From the human T2T-CHM13v2.0 reference genome, Homo sapiens: 64,000 bases of DNA. Of this stretch, positions 1-15,939 are shown piece by piece. The notes below the pieces were generated by a model. That model did no database searches, was not told the origin of the DNA, and was given only the letters and a program-made list of their open reading frames with translations. The translations under genes were made by a program, and so were the position numbers. The stretch is from NCBI RefSeq assembly GCF_009914755.1, contig NC_060939.1; one strand, written 5' to 3'. Within the stretch, counting starts at the first letter, position 1. Every line of letters begins with the position of its first letter.

Positions 1-62
1 TAAAATAGAGATGGGCACTTTGGGAAGCCGAGTTGGGTGGATCACTTGAAGCCTGGAGTTCA

Positions 63-311
<249 letters not shown>

Positions 312-1011
312 CTATGGCTAAATAGAGATTGGATCTTGCCCAGGCTAATATGGAACTCCTGCCTCAAGCAATCCTGCCTCAGCCTGTCAGTGTTGGGAAT
401 ACAAGTATGAGCCACCATGCCCAGCCCCTCCTCATTTTCTCTAACAGTTGGTTTCCTAATAAATTTCTTGCATATTTAATTTTATCCTGGGATCCCACCT
501 TCTCTGAGGACCTGGACTAACACATCCCCAAATCTGTTTATGCCTGTTGCAGGTGCTACTGTAATTACATAATTTAACTAAGCCATAACTAAACCATAGA
601 AATATGGACACAGAAGGAAAGTGAGTTGTTATTTCTATGAAAACCAAGTAGACTGCTTTAGAAAGTTTTGAAAAGGGTATTTGCTTAAAAGAAAAAAAAA
701 AGCTGTTCACAAAAAGACAAACGAGGTCTTTTTACAAAAAGACAAATAAGGGTGTGGTGGCTCATTCCTGTAATCCTAAGACTTTGGGAGGCTGAAGCGG
801 GCAGATCATTTAAGCTAAGGAGTTCAAGACCAGCCTGGGCAACATGGCGAAACCCCATCTCCACAAAAATACAAAAATTTGCTGGGTGTGGTGGAGTGAG
901 CATGTAGTCCCAGCTACTCAGGAGGCTGGGGTGTGAGGATCGCTTGAGCCCAGGAGATTTCAGCTGCAGTGAGCCGTGATTGTGCTACTGCACTCCAGCC
1001 TGGGCAACAGT

Positions 1012-1163
1012 GCAAGGGACTGGAGGGAGGGAGAAATGGGAGTTGTTTAATGGATATGGAGTTTCAGTTTTGCAGGATGAAAAAGTTGTGGAGATCTGTT
1101 GTAAAACAATGTGAATATACTTAATACTACTGAATCATACACTTAAAAATGGTTAAGATGGTA
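1012..1163 (+). mobile_element. L1MB-type 3' end fragment
   Basis: gtttcagttttgcaggatgaaaaagtt...cacttaaaaatggttaagatggta is a typical old L1M 3'UTR. Confidence 0.7.
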
Positions 1164-1306
1164 CGTTTGGCACACCTGTACTCTCAGCACTTTGGAAGGA
1201 TAAGGCAGGAGCTCAGGAGTTTGAGACCAGCCTGGGCAACCTGCAGTGAGCCATGATAATGCCTCTACACTCCAGCCTGGGCAACAAGAGCAAGACCCTG
1301 TCTTTA

Positions 1307-1693
<387 letters not shown>

Positions 1694-1804
1694 TCACGAG
1701 GTCAGGAGATCGACACTATCTTGGCTAACATGGTGAAACCCCATCTCCACTAAAAATACAAAAATTCAGCCAGGCGTGGTGGTGTGCGCCTGCAGTCCCA
1801 ACTA

Positions 1805-1912
<108 letters not shown>

Positions 1913-3251
1913 TCAAACAAACAAACAAAAAACAAAAATTAGCTGGGTGTGGTGGCACGTGCCTGTAATCCCATCTACTCAGGAGGCTGAGGTAGGAGAA
2001 TCGCTTGAACTCAGGAGGTAGAGGTTGCACTGAGCCGAGATTACACCACTGCACTCCAGCAGCCTGGGCGACAGAGCGAGACTCCATCTCAAAAAAAAAA
2101 AAAAAAAAAAAAAAAGTAAAACATAAAAACTTACAAAGTAGCTGTTTGGTTTGGAAAGACTACCGGAAAAGGTTGGGGAAACGCTATAGTAACCCGAGTC
2201 TGCACTCACACTGGATCTTGAGTGTAGATCCAGTAGAAGGAAAAGGAAGGCAGGGCAAAGGGATGTTCCAGGGATCAGGAGGAAGCTGATAAAGAGACCA
2301 TTTGAGGATTGAGAAATGGTGTTCTTCAAGGCCATTCTCAGTCTTGCTTTGCAAGCATCCTAAAGCACTTAGGCACTTTATAGGATGTGGAAATCTAGAC
2401 AATTTGTCATGGGTATTGTTATGCAAGAAAAGAAATACGCCAGGAGGCTGAGGCAGGGGGATTACTTGAACCTAGGAGTTTGACACGGCAGTGAGCTATG
2501 ATTGCACCACTGCACTCCAGCCTGGATGACAGAACAAGACCCCATCTCAAGAAAAAAAAAAAAAAAGGGCCAGATGTGGTGGCTCATGCTTGTAATCCCA
2601 GCACTTTGGGAGGCCGAGGCGGGTGGATCACCTGAGGTTGGGAGTTTGAGACCAGCCTGACCAACATGGAGAAACCCTGTCTCTACTAAAAACACAAAAT
2701 TAGCCGGGCATAGTGCCGCATGCCTGTAATCCCAGTCACTCAGGAGGCTGAGGCAGGAGAATCGCTTGAACCTGGGAGGCGGAGACTCCAGCCTGGGCGA
2801 CAAGAGCGAAACTCCGTCTCAAAAAAAAAAAAAAAGACAAGTGCAGTGGCTCATGTCTGTAATTTCAGCACTTTGGGAGGCCAAGGCCGTAGAATTGCTT
2901 GAGCCCAGTAGTTCAAGACGCTGGAGTGAGACCCCCTCCCTATAGAAAATAAAAACTTGGTCAGGCATGGTGGCGGCACCCCTAGGCTCAGCTACTCAGG
3001 ATGCTGAGGTGGGAGGATTGCTTGAGCCTGGGAGTTCGAGGCTCCAGTGAGCCATGGTCCTGCCACTCCAGCCTGGGCAACAGAGGGAGACCCTCTCAAA
3101 AAAAAAAAAAAAGAAAGAAATACGGAATTCCAATCAGCAAACCCGTACTCAAAGAAAAAGCCTTGGCGTTACATCAAAAGATTGGCGAGTTAGTATATAT
3201 TTCTATGTTTTACCTTAAAGCAAAATGTACAAATACATATAACTTTTTTTT

Positions 3252-3530
<279 letters not shown>

Positions 3531-4176
3531 TAGTAAGAGACGGGGGTTTCACTGTGTGAGCCAGGATGGTCTCAATCTCCTGACCTCGTGATCCGCCTGC
3601 CTCGGACTCACATATCATTTTTAATGATCCTTTTAAACTTACTGTTTTTTTTTTGTTTAATTGACCAACTTCTGGTCTCAATTGCATCAAATAAGAAAGC
3701 TTCTACTGAAATAATAGTAAGTGTGAATTGCTTTATTGTGTAATTACTATACATCTGGGTGAAAAGTCTCGAGTGTCAAGTGTCAGTCCAGTAGAAGAAA
3801 GGCAGGGAGGAGGGACGTTCCAGGAATCAGGAGGAAGTCAATAATAAACAGAGACTAAGTGAGGGGTTGGAGACCGGTGTTCTTCAAGGTGGAAGGACAT
3901 GCATGGGGGTATTGAGAGGGCTGGAACAAGAGGAGGCTGTAGTCAAGAAGCAAGAGAGGAAACTGTGATTCAGTGGGTGAAACAGTTTTTGGTGATGACA
4001 AAACCTCTGTTGAGGCCAGGGGAGCAGGTGGGTGACTGAAGGAGAGACAAAGGTCACCAGAGTTGAGGAGGAATCACAAACCCCGGGTATTGGGTGAGTC
4101 ATCCTATGAACTCAGAAGTCTACTAGACTGGCAGCAAGATTGGGCTTGGAGAGGAAATTGGGGGCAGGTGTCCAAG

Positions 4177-5505
4177 CAGTAGTGTGGTAGAAGCAGCTTG
4201 TATAGGGTCAGGAAAACCAACTGTTAAATTTTCAATTTTGTGGGCTTGTTGTTACACATTGTCATTATTAAAATGTAATTATAAAGGCCAGGTGCAGTTG
4301 TTCATGCCTGTAATCCTGGCACTTTGAGAGGCCAAGGCAAGCAGATCTCTTGAGCCCACAAGTTTGAGACCAGCCTGGGCAACATAGTGAAGCCCAACCT
4401 CTACAACAACAACAACAACCAAAACAAAACAAAAAAAAAAAACAAAATTAGCCGAATGTGGTGGTGGGCACTGTAATCCCAGCTACTCAGGAGGTTGAGG
4501 TGGGAGGATCGCTTTAGCCTGGGAGGCGGAGGTTGCAGTGAACTGAGATCACGTCACTGCCCTCCAGCTTGGGTAACAAAGTGAGACCCTGTCTCAAAAA
4601 AAAAAAAAGTAATTATATAAACTTACAATTAAGTAAAGTATATTAAAACAAAGGTAATGAAAATTCAAAACTCATTACTTTCTAATAACTTTCCTACATC
4701 TTACTACTATTCATGCTCTTGGAGTTAATTTCTGCTTCTTGCATCTGTATGGTGGAAATACTGTATAATGGTGTGCTATGGTGCATCTCTGCCCAGCTCT
4801 GCATTCAGTGGCATCGTGTTATTAACTCAAAATCAGCTCCGGTGGAAATATTTACGCCATGGAAATTAGCCAACACTACAGATACAGAGCTTGAGTTACT
4901 GAGTTTTTTTTTTTTTTGAGACAGAGTTTCGCTCTGTCGTCCAAGTTGGAGTGCAGTGGCGCAATCTCAGCTCACTGAAACCTCCACCTCCTGGGTTCAA
5001 GTGATTCTCCTGCCTCAGCTTCCTGAGTAGCTGGGACTATAGGCGTGCATCACCATGCCCGGCTAATTTTTTTGTATTTTTAGTAGAGACGGGGTTTCAC
5101 CGTGTTAGCCAGGATGGTCTGTATCTCCTGACCTCATGATCCACCTGCCTCGGCCTCCCATAGTGCTGGGATTACAGGCATGAGCCCCTGTGCCCGGCCC
5201 ACTGAGTTATTGTTTTGTGAAATACCTATACTCATTCATCAACTGCAATCATAGATATGAGTTCAGCAAAAAACGACAGCATTCTGTGAGAATCAATTGG
5301 TTATATGGAATTTACAATAAAGGGAGTTGTATATTATGTGTAAGTTCTGTGTTAAGCATCCTTTCTATCAGTAAAATTTATAGTAAATATATTTGCACAT
5401 TATATATATATACACATATATATGTAAATACACACACACACACACACATACACACACACATTTTTCCCTAAAGAGCTGGTTGTTAAACATTTACAAACAC
5501 ATCAC
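4177..5505 (+). mobile_element. hAT DNA transposon fossil (MER63-like) interrupted by Alus and (TA)/(CA) repeats
   Basis: Ends cagtagtgtggtagaagcagc... and ...gagctggttgttaaacatttacaaacacatcact resemble MER63 termini. Confidence 0.55.
5401..5460. repeat. (TA)/(CA) compound microsatellite
   Basis: Seen directly. Confidence 0.9.
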
Positions 5506-5818
5506 TCAGCTAAGGACTCCTTTCCCGGAGACTGGCATTGGGGTGATGGTAAGCAATACCATCATGGTGGGGCTGATTCTCCTTCCTGCCCCTGAGCTCA
5601 CATCTCACGGGGAGTCAGGAACCGAGGTAACAATACAGCACTGGGTGGCAGGGAGGGAAGGAACTGAGACCAAGTAGAGGTAGGGAGGTGTTCAAAGCAA
5701 GTGAGATTTATGTAGACACTCAAAGGATGAGTAGGAATCAGCCAGCCAAAGGAAAAACATGAGCAAAGGCCCAGCTGTCGTCAGAAACAATGGGAGGCAG
5801 GCCGGGTGCGGTGGCTCA

Positions 5819-6142
<324 letters not shown>

Positions 6143-6865
6143 TTATGATGTGCCTGAGGGCAGTGGCCATGGGTTGCTCCTCCTGGAGCACCTGGAGAGT
6201 GGAGAAAGAGCAGCCTGTACTGGAAAGGGTTTTCTGAACCCTCGATCTAAGAAGAGTAAACATTTCTGGACAAAGGGACAAAGATGGGAGTCAGGTGATG
6301 GGAAGAGAGGGTATTCTAGGCAGAAGGAACCGCATGAGCAAAAGCAAGGAGGTGAAAGAGAATCTGAATACATAGATCTGCAGGCAGTTCTGGGTGGCTG
6401 GAGTGCCTGTCGGGGAGAGTGTGCAAAAGACAAGGCTGGAGAAGTGGCCGTGGCTGAGGCCAGGAGGGCTGAGAGCCAAGCCCAGGAGAGGGTGTGAGTT
6501 CTTAGGAGCTGTGGGGAGCCTTAGGAGGGGCCTGAGTAGGGAGTGACATGATTAAGATCCCCGCGGCTGCTTGAAGGAGAATGGCTTCAGTGGGTGTCAG
6601 GTAGGGAAAGACTGGAGAATGTGATACTTTTGGGAAGATACTGCAGTCACGTAGGTGAGAGATGATGAAATAAGGTAGTGGATGTGGAGAAGGAAAAAAG
6701 GAAAATTGATTCCAAAGATATGGGGGAGCGGAATTGAAAGGACTTAACTTCAAGGAGTCTGGCATGGGTGATTGAGGGCTGATGCAGTCGTTTTCGAAGA
6801 GCACTGATCCGTTATTTTGTAGAATGTCCCTCCACTGGAGTTTGTCTGATGTTTTCTCATGATTA

Positions 6866-7201
<336 letters not shown>

Positions 7202-8759
7202 TCACACAGATCAGTGAATCCTACTAGGAGGTACATGATATACCCATGTCTTATTACTGATGATAGAGTCATCTTTGGGGGCAGGGTCACAGAAGGAGGT
7301 ACACTTATAGGGAAAAGACCTAGCGTTCTGGTTTGGGATGGGGCTGGAGTGCAGAAGAGAATCCAGATCAGAGACACGGCTTTGGGAACACTCAGCACCA
7401 CGGAGGTAGCTGAGGACTTGGGAGGGGGGGCAAGGTTGCCAGGGCAGAGGGTGTCAGAAGGAAGAGAAACAGTGGAAGTGGAAGCAAGACTGGCTTTGCA
7501 TTGTATCCAAGTGGTCAGGTGGGCGAGGATGGGAATGCGTCCTGTGGATTTGGTATCCAGAGGCTTGGCCAGTGCTGGGGTTAGTGCTCACCAGGGCCAG
7601 GCCCAGGCTGGGACTTGTGGAGGGCATTTTTTCTTTCTGGGCAGTTAATTGGAGCAGATTTGGATGGGCACTCCTGGCCGTGTGTGTTTTTTTGTTTTTG
7701 TTTTTGTTGTTGTTGTTTGTTTTTTTAAGACAGGGTCTTACTCTGTTGCCCAGGCTTGAGTGCAGTGCACGATCATGGCTCACTGCACCCTTGACCTCCC
7801 TGGCTCAAGTGATCCTCCCCCTTCAGCCTCCCGAGTAGCTGGGACTACAGGTGTGCACCACCACACCCAGCTAATTTTTGTATTTTTAGTAGAGATGGGG
7901 TTTGCCATGTTGCCCAGGCTGGTCTCGAACTCCTGGGCTCAAGTGATCCACCAACCTAGGCCTCCCAAAGTCCTGGGATTACAGGTGTGAGCCACTGAGC
8001 CCAGCTCACTACTTCTGATTTAACTCAACCCATGAGAAGTGGGCAGTGTTCTGGATTCTGTGTTAAGAACTCCTGGCTAAGCTGCAAGAGGTGACAATGA
8101 AATTGGCTTGTGTGCAGGCCAGCAGGCTGCCTAGCCCCCAGCACTTCCAGCTGTGGACAGAGCCACCTAGCTGGTGGAGAACTAACTCTGTGGGCGTGGG
8201 TGCCCCCAGGTGTTCAATTGGAGGCCCTGCTGTTGGAAGGGAAGCAGTGAAGGGTGGCCATTTGTAAATCTTTGGAGAAATTTCTATTCAGATCCTTTGT
8301 GCATTTTTAAGTGGATTATTTGTCTTTTTATTATTGAGTTGTAAGAATTCTTCGTATATTCTAAATGCAAGTCTTTTTTTAGATATATTGCAAGAGGTAG
8401 AAGGTGGGGTCCTTATTCCCTAGACTCAGGCTGCCCCAGGGATCCACATATATATATTTTGAGACAGGGTCTCACTCTATCACCCAGGCTGGAGTGCGGT
8501 GGTGTCATCACAGCTCACTGCAGTCTTGACTGCTGGGGCTCAAGCGATCCTCCCACCTCAGCTTCCCAGTAGCTGGGAGTACTGGCATGTGGCACCATGC
8601 CAGAATGATTTTTTTTTTTTTTTTGTAGAGATGGGGTTTCACCATGTTGCCCAGGCTCATCCTGAATTCTTGGGCTCAAGTGATCTGCTTGCCTCAACCT
8701 CCCAAAGTGCTGGGCTTTCAGGCATGAGCCACATCACCTGGCCTCCCCCCAATTTTTAA

Positions 8760-10630
<1,871 letters not shown>

Positions 10631-10920
10631 CTTGGGGAGCTTCCAGTCTGTTTGGGCGAGAAGGGACAAACACAGGGACAGGGCAGTGTGGAGCAGTGTA
10701 AGGAGGAGAAGCACTGTTCAGGGAGGTCTAGGGTGAGCTCTCTGAGCCTCAGGGTTGCTCACTGCTGGATGAGCTGATCTGACATTTCTGTGGCTCTGTA
10801 GCAAGTATGTGTGTCCCTGTATGCTCGGTGCTGTGCAATCAAGCACACATGCTAAGTGTCAGGGAGGTGGCATCTCACAAGACCAGGAGCATGGGGGAGA
10901 CTGGGGGAAGCAGGAAGTTC

Positions 10921-11163
<243 letters not shown>

Positions 11164-11341
11164 TGGCAGGGTCTCACTTTGTTGCCCAGGCTGGAGTGCA
11201 GTGGTTGAAGAACATGGTTTACTGTAGCCTCAATATCTCAGGCTTAATGTGGTCCTTCCACCTCAGCCTCCCAAGTAACCAAGACTACAGGAGCATGCTA
11301 CCATGTCAAGCTAATTTAAAAAACTTTTTTTTTTTCTTTGA

Positions 11342-11659
<318 letters not shown>

Positions 11660-11766
11660 TAAACTTCCACAGGACTAACAGCATGGATGATAACGTGATT
11701 AACAGGATTATCATGGAGGTGACATAAGATGGCTCAGGAGCCAGGCTGATGGGTTTAGGTCCTGGC

Positions 11767-12186
11767 TGTGGTAGATGTCACAACACAGTGCCCTTCCCAT
11801 ACCCCTTTAGCCACTCCTGATGTTTTTTTACTATAAGCCCCTGGGATTTTCTGCCTGAGGGTGCTCTCTGCTCAGAAGGCACTCCGGCAGGCTGGAGGTG
11901 CCAGGAACAGCTCTCAACTAATGAAGAAATCATCAGTGTCATCACTCCTTCAGTGGGATGAGTACCTTGTCTTCTTCACTCTCCCAGAGATGCCCAATAC
12001 AGTCAAGCCCCATTTGTCCACAGTGGTAATCTGCTGATTATTGCACCCTATATTGCTTTTCTTCATTTGTTTGTTTCACTCCCCCTCTCTCCTACTAGTG
12101 CTCCACGGAATCATCTCTCAAATGGACCATTTATATGAACATCCTTATCTCAGTGTCTGCCTCTGGGGATACCCAGCCTAAAGATA
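11767..12186 (+). mobile_element. ERVL LTR (LTR16-like) inserted in a MIR
   Basis: TG start and an LTR16-like end ctcagtgtctgcctctggggatacccagcctaaagata, with MIR sequence on both sides. Confidence 0.5.
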
Positions 12187-12790
12187 GTGGTTCTTTTATT
12201 TCTTAGATCTATCCATCCAATTTCCTTGGGCAGATCACTTTACCTCTCTGAATTTCACTTGGCTCATCTATAGAATATGGATAGTATCACTTCTTTCTTT
12301 CTTTCTTTTTTTTTTTTTTTTGAGACCGAGTCTCGCTCTGTCGCCCAGGCTGGAGTGCAGTGGCGGGATCTCGGCTCACTGCAAGCTCCGCCTCCTGGGT
12401 TCATGCCATTCTCCTGCCTCAGCCTCCCAGCAGCTGGGACTACAGGCACACGCTCTCATGCTCGGCTAATTTTTTGTATTTTCAGTAGAGACCGGGTTTC
12501 ACCGTATTAGCCAGGATGGTCTCGATCTCTTGACCTTGTGATTCACCCGCCTTGGCCTCCCAAAGTGCTGGGATTAGAGGTGTGAGCCACTGCGCCCGGC
12601 CCAATAGCACTTATTTCTTAGGATGGTCATGCAGTTTAGCATTTCACTCAGACATTAAAAGTTCAGTAAATACTTCTATTTTTATTCGTTTACTGGCCTG
12701 TAACATAAATATTCTCCCAGAGACTCTTGGATGGACATGCCTCATTCAGGCATAGCTAGACAGGGAAAGATAAGCAGCCTGGAGCTGGCC

Positions 12791-13085
12791 CTGTGGGACA
12801 TTGATTGATTGGGTTCCTGTTCCCAGTTACTTGCTCCCTCTGCAATGGGATTAAATGTCCCCACCATTTGTCATGTGACTTATCTGGCATCCTGTATGGG
12901 TAGCATACCTCCCTGACCCCCATGAATTAATTTTGGGCTTACCCATGTGACTTGCTTTGAGTAATGGCATATGAGCAGATGTGACATTCTCCACATCTGC
13001 AAAGAAGCTTGAAATGTGTTACTGCATGGTTTGGCACAGGCTCTCTCACCCCTGCCCTCCACTACAACAAAGACATGTCTCCAGT
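12791..13085 (+). mobile_element. MaLR LTR fragment (MLT1-like)
   Basis: ccatgtgacttgctttgagtaatggcatatgagcagatgtgaca motif. Confidence 0.55.
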
Positions 13086-13167
13086 GCCTGCCACGCAGTT
13101 TGAGCTAGCACCTTTAAATACTTTATTTATTTATTTTTTTGAGAGGAAGTCTTGGTCTGTCGCCTAG

Positions 13168-13443
<276 letters not shown>

Positions 13444-13469
13444 TAAAAATTGTTTTATCCATCTATTTA

Positions 13470-13710
13470 CAGATCATTAAATACTTACTGTGTACCAGGC
13501 AGTCCCATATGTTACATGTGTCTGCATGTATTAATTCATTTCATCCTTGCAGGAACCCTAAGACACGGGTCCCATTATCACCATCCTTATTTTACATATG
13601 TGGAAAACTAAGGTTCAGTGAGGATTAGTACCTTCTCAAATTCACACTGCAGGGAAGGGGCAAGGTCTGCCTTCTAGGTTGATATTCTTAACCACTGCTG
13701 TATGCTTCTT
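13470..13710 (-). mobile_element. MIR SINE
   Basis: ccttattttacatatgtggaaaactaaggttcagtgagg core. Confidence 0.7.
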
Positions 13711-13928
13711 CTCATGGTAGGTAACCAGCAAATGCCTATTAAGTAAACGTTTGTTTAAGTGATCATTGTTCCCTTCCATTTACCTGAATAGGAAAGGTAC
13801 AATCTACTGGGACAAAGGTGGGCTTCTGACTTTGGACCTGCTCACTCTTCCTACGTTAGTTGTTTATCAAATAGGAGACCCTTCTGATTCTTCTGAGTGG
13901 AGAAAAATTGTCCGTGGTCATCAGACGG

Positions 13929-14121
13929 GAACCCCAATATTTCCCTTGTAGGACCTACATGAACCACAAGATATCTCCTATAAATTCCATGTGGTTTCCA
14001 GACATCTTCCTTGTGGATCCCAGTGTGGACCTCAGATCTCTCTCCTAAAGGCCTATGTGAACCCCTATATCTTTCCTGAGGCCCACATGGACTCCCAACA
14101 TTTTCCCTGTAGCAGCCACAC
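13929..14121. repeat. Degenerate ~32-bp tandem repeat (6 copies)
   Basis: Units start at 13929, 13961, 13993, 14027, 14059 and 14089, with consensus close to GGACCCCAGATATCTTCCTGTAGGNCCCATGT. Confidence 0.65.
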
Positions 14122-15372
14122 TTGATAACTTCGACAGGTTCCCAGTTGTCATCTCATTGGCTGCTCTCCACAGCTCTGTAAATCAGCCTTGGCTTGCATT
14201 ATAGCAGGGAGAGACAGCATGTGGGTCAACCAGGGACAGGACTGACACAGAACCCAGTTGTCCTGCCCCGAAGCCCAGGACCCTTCCTTCCTGGTTGGCC
14301 TGGTGGCAGGATGATGCTTCCTGCTCAGCCCTTCCCAGGCACCGAGGCTCTCTCCCTCCTTTTCCCCTCTGCCACACTAGTTCTTGTCTGCCTTTTTTCA
14401 CTGCCACCCCCTTTTCATGCCAGCTGTGGGAGTGAGGCCCCACTCCTGGCAGGATGGAGCCAGACAATGGGCCCTTATTCTAGGCAAAGAATCCCTGCAG
14501 TGTCTCCCACCCACTGAGGCCCCCTTCCAGGCCTAGGATGGTGTGGGTGGGGGGTGGAGGGTGGGTGTATGGTGTAGGGGAAGGAGCAATTGGCTGGCAG
14601 GACAGACAGTGGCCCTGGCCCTGCCTGTAGAGATCCCACGGAGGTTTACTATGTAAACACCAATCACAATAAAATCCTGTCTTCACTCCCAGCCCATCTC
14701 TCCAAGTGGGTCTCTCTCAACCCTCCAAAGCTCTGGGTTTTTAAACATTTACCCTTGCCTCTACTCTCTCTTGGTATTCATCTCTGCATATCACTGTCTC
14801 TTTCATTCCTTTTTCTGAGTCTCTTTCTTTTTCTAAGCCTCTCCTCTCTCTCTCTCTCTCTCTCTGCTCCTTTGCGTAATTTGTCTCTATTTCTTGCCTC
14901 TTTCTTGCTTCATTATGCTCCCTTACCTATCTTATCTTTCCATGTCTTTTTTCTCTCCAGGCCTTGAGCTCTCATCTCAGTCTCTCTCTCCGTGTGTCTC
15001 TGTCTCTGTTTGCAGCTCTTCTTTCTCGTCCTCCTATGTCGTCTTTCCGTGGATCTGTGTCCTTGCCTCTCTGAATATCATCTCCGATCTTCCGTCCTCT
15101 GTTCTCTCTTTCCCCCTGCGCCTGCAGATCTGAAGGACCTTCCGCAGTCACCACACTCTCCTGCTTTCAGCTCTTTCTCACTCCTTTCTGGCACGTCCCA
15201 GAGGCTCCTGGCATAGGTATAGGAGGTTATTCTCCCCAGTTTACAGATATGGAAGCTGAGGCTCTGGCTGCTGGTGCCAGGCTCCCATCTCTGGGTCTCT
15301 TCCTTCCACCTACACGCCAGGCTCTTGTCCCTGAGGTGCCCGTCAACCACCTGATCCGGCCGGGGCCCGGGA

Positions 15373-15393
15373 ACTAGCACCTCGGACAGCTCC
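15373..15393 (+). promoter_or_regulatory. RE1/NRSE (REST) element
   Basis: ACTAGCACCTCGGACAGCTCC versus consensus TTCAGCACCACGGACAGCGCC: 16/21 identical, with both cores (AGCACC, GGACAG) and the 2-nt spacer intact. Confidence 0.75.
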
Positions 15394-15460
15394 TGGAAGA
15401 TGCCGGGGCGGCCGGGTCGTCCTTCTCGCGAGCTCAGGAGGAGCAGCCTTAGGAGCAGAG

Positions 15461-15476
15461 CGGAAGTATCGCGAGA
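15461..15476 (+). promoter_or_regulatory. Overlapping ETS/GABP (CGGAAGT) and BANP-type (TATCGCGAGA) motifs; a second TCTCGCGAG at 15424-15432
   Basis: Direct motif matches in the CpG-island promoter. Confidence 0.6.
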
Positions 15477-15526
15477 GTGACTGCTGCAGGCAGTGGCGGC
15501 GCGGGCGCGCGCAGAGACGGCCTCGG

Positions 15527-15548
15527 GCGCGCGCGCGCGCGCGCGCGC
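15527..15548. repeat. (GC)11 dinucleotide tract
   Basis: gcgcgcgcgcgcgcgcgcgcgc, seen directly. Confidence 0.95.
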
Positions 15549-15559
15549 TCCCCGCCCCC

Positions 15560-15660
15560 AGCCCCGGAGCGGCTCGCGGCCGGCTCCGCGCCGCATCGCT
15601 CGGGTGCAGCGCAGCTCAGCGCAGCGCTGCGGCCTTTCGGCAGCCGAACGGCCGCGGCAG
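15560..15660 (+). other. SCAMP5: SCAMP5 non-coding exon 1 (5' end approximate)
   Basis: GC-rich segment within the CpG island, ending in a consensus donor GCAG|GTGAGT at 15660/15661. Confidence 0.85.
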
Positions 15661-15931
15661 GTGAGTCTGGGCATGAAGGCTGGGAGGAGAGCTTTGAAGG
15701 GAAGCTGGGCGCGGGGCGAGAGGTGTGGGGGTCGCTGGCTGCAGCTTTGTTCCTCCTACACTTCACCTTTGGATGCAGGAAGAAGGCCGAACTGCTGGAG
15801 AGGTGGGAGTGGAGGTGACCTTTACTGTTTGGGGCTGGGGGAGAGCGCTCAGGGCGCACCCAGGCCCCCCGAGCCCCCCAAGCCCCCCCATTCCCATCTG
15901 TGGCTCCCGCAGAGGGAACTGGGCCTTTGGG

Positions 15932-15939
15932 TGACGTCA
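15932..15939. promoter_or_regulatory. Palindromic CRE (TGACGTCA)
   Basis: Perfect CRE octamer in the CpG island, ~270 bp into intron 1. Confidence 0.6.
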
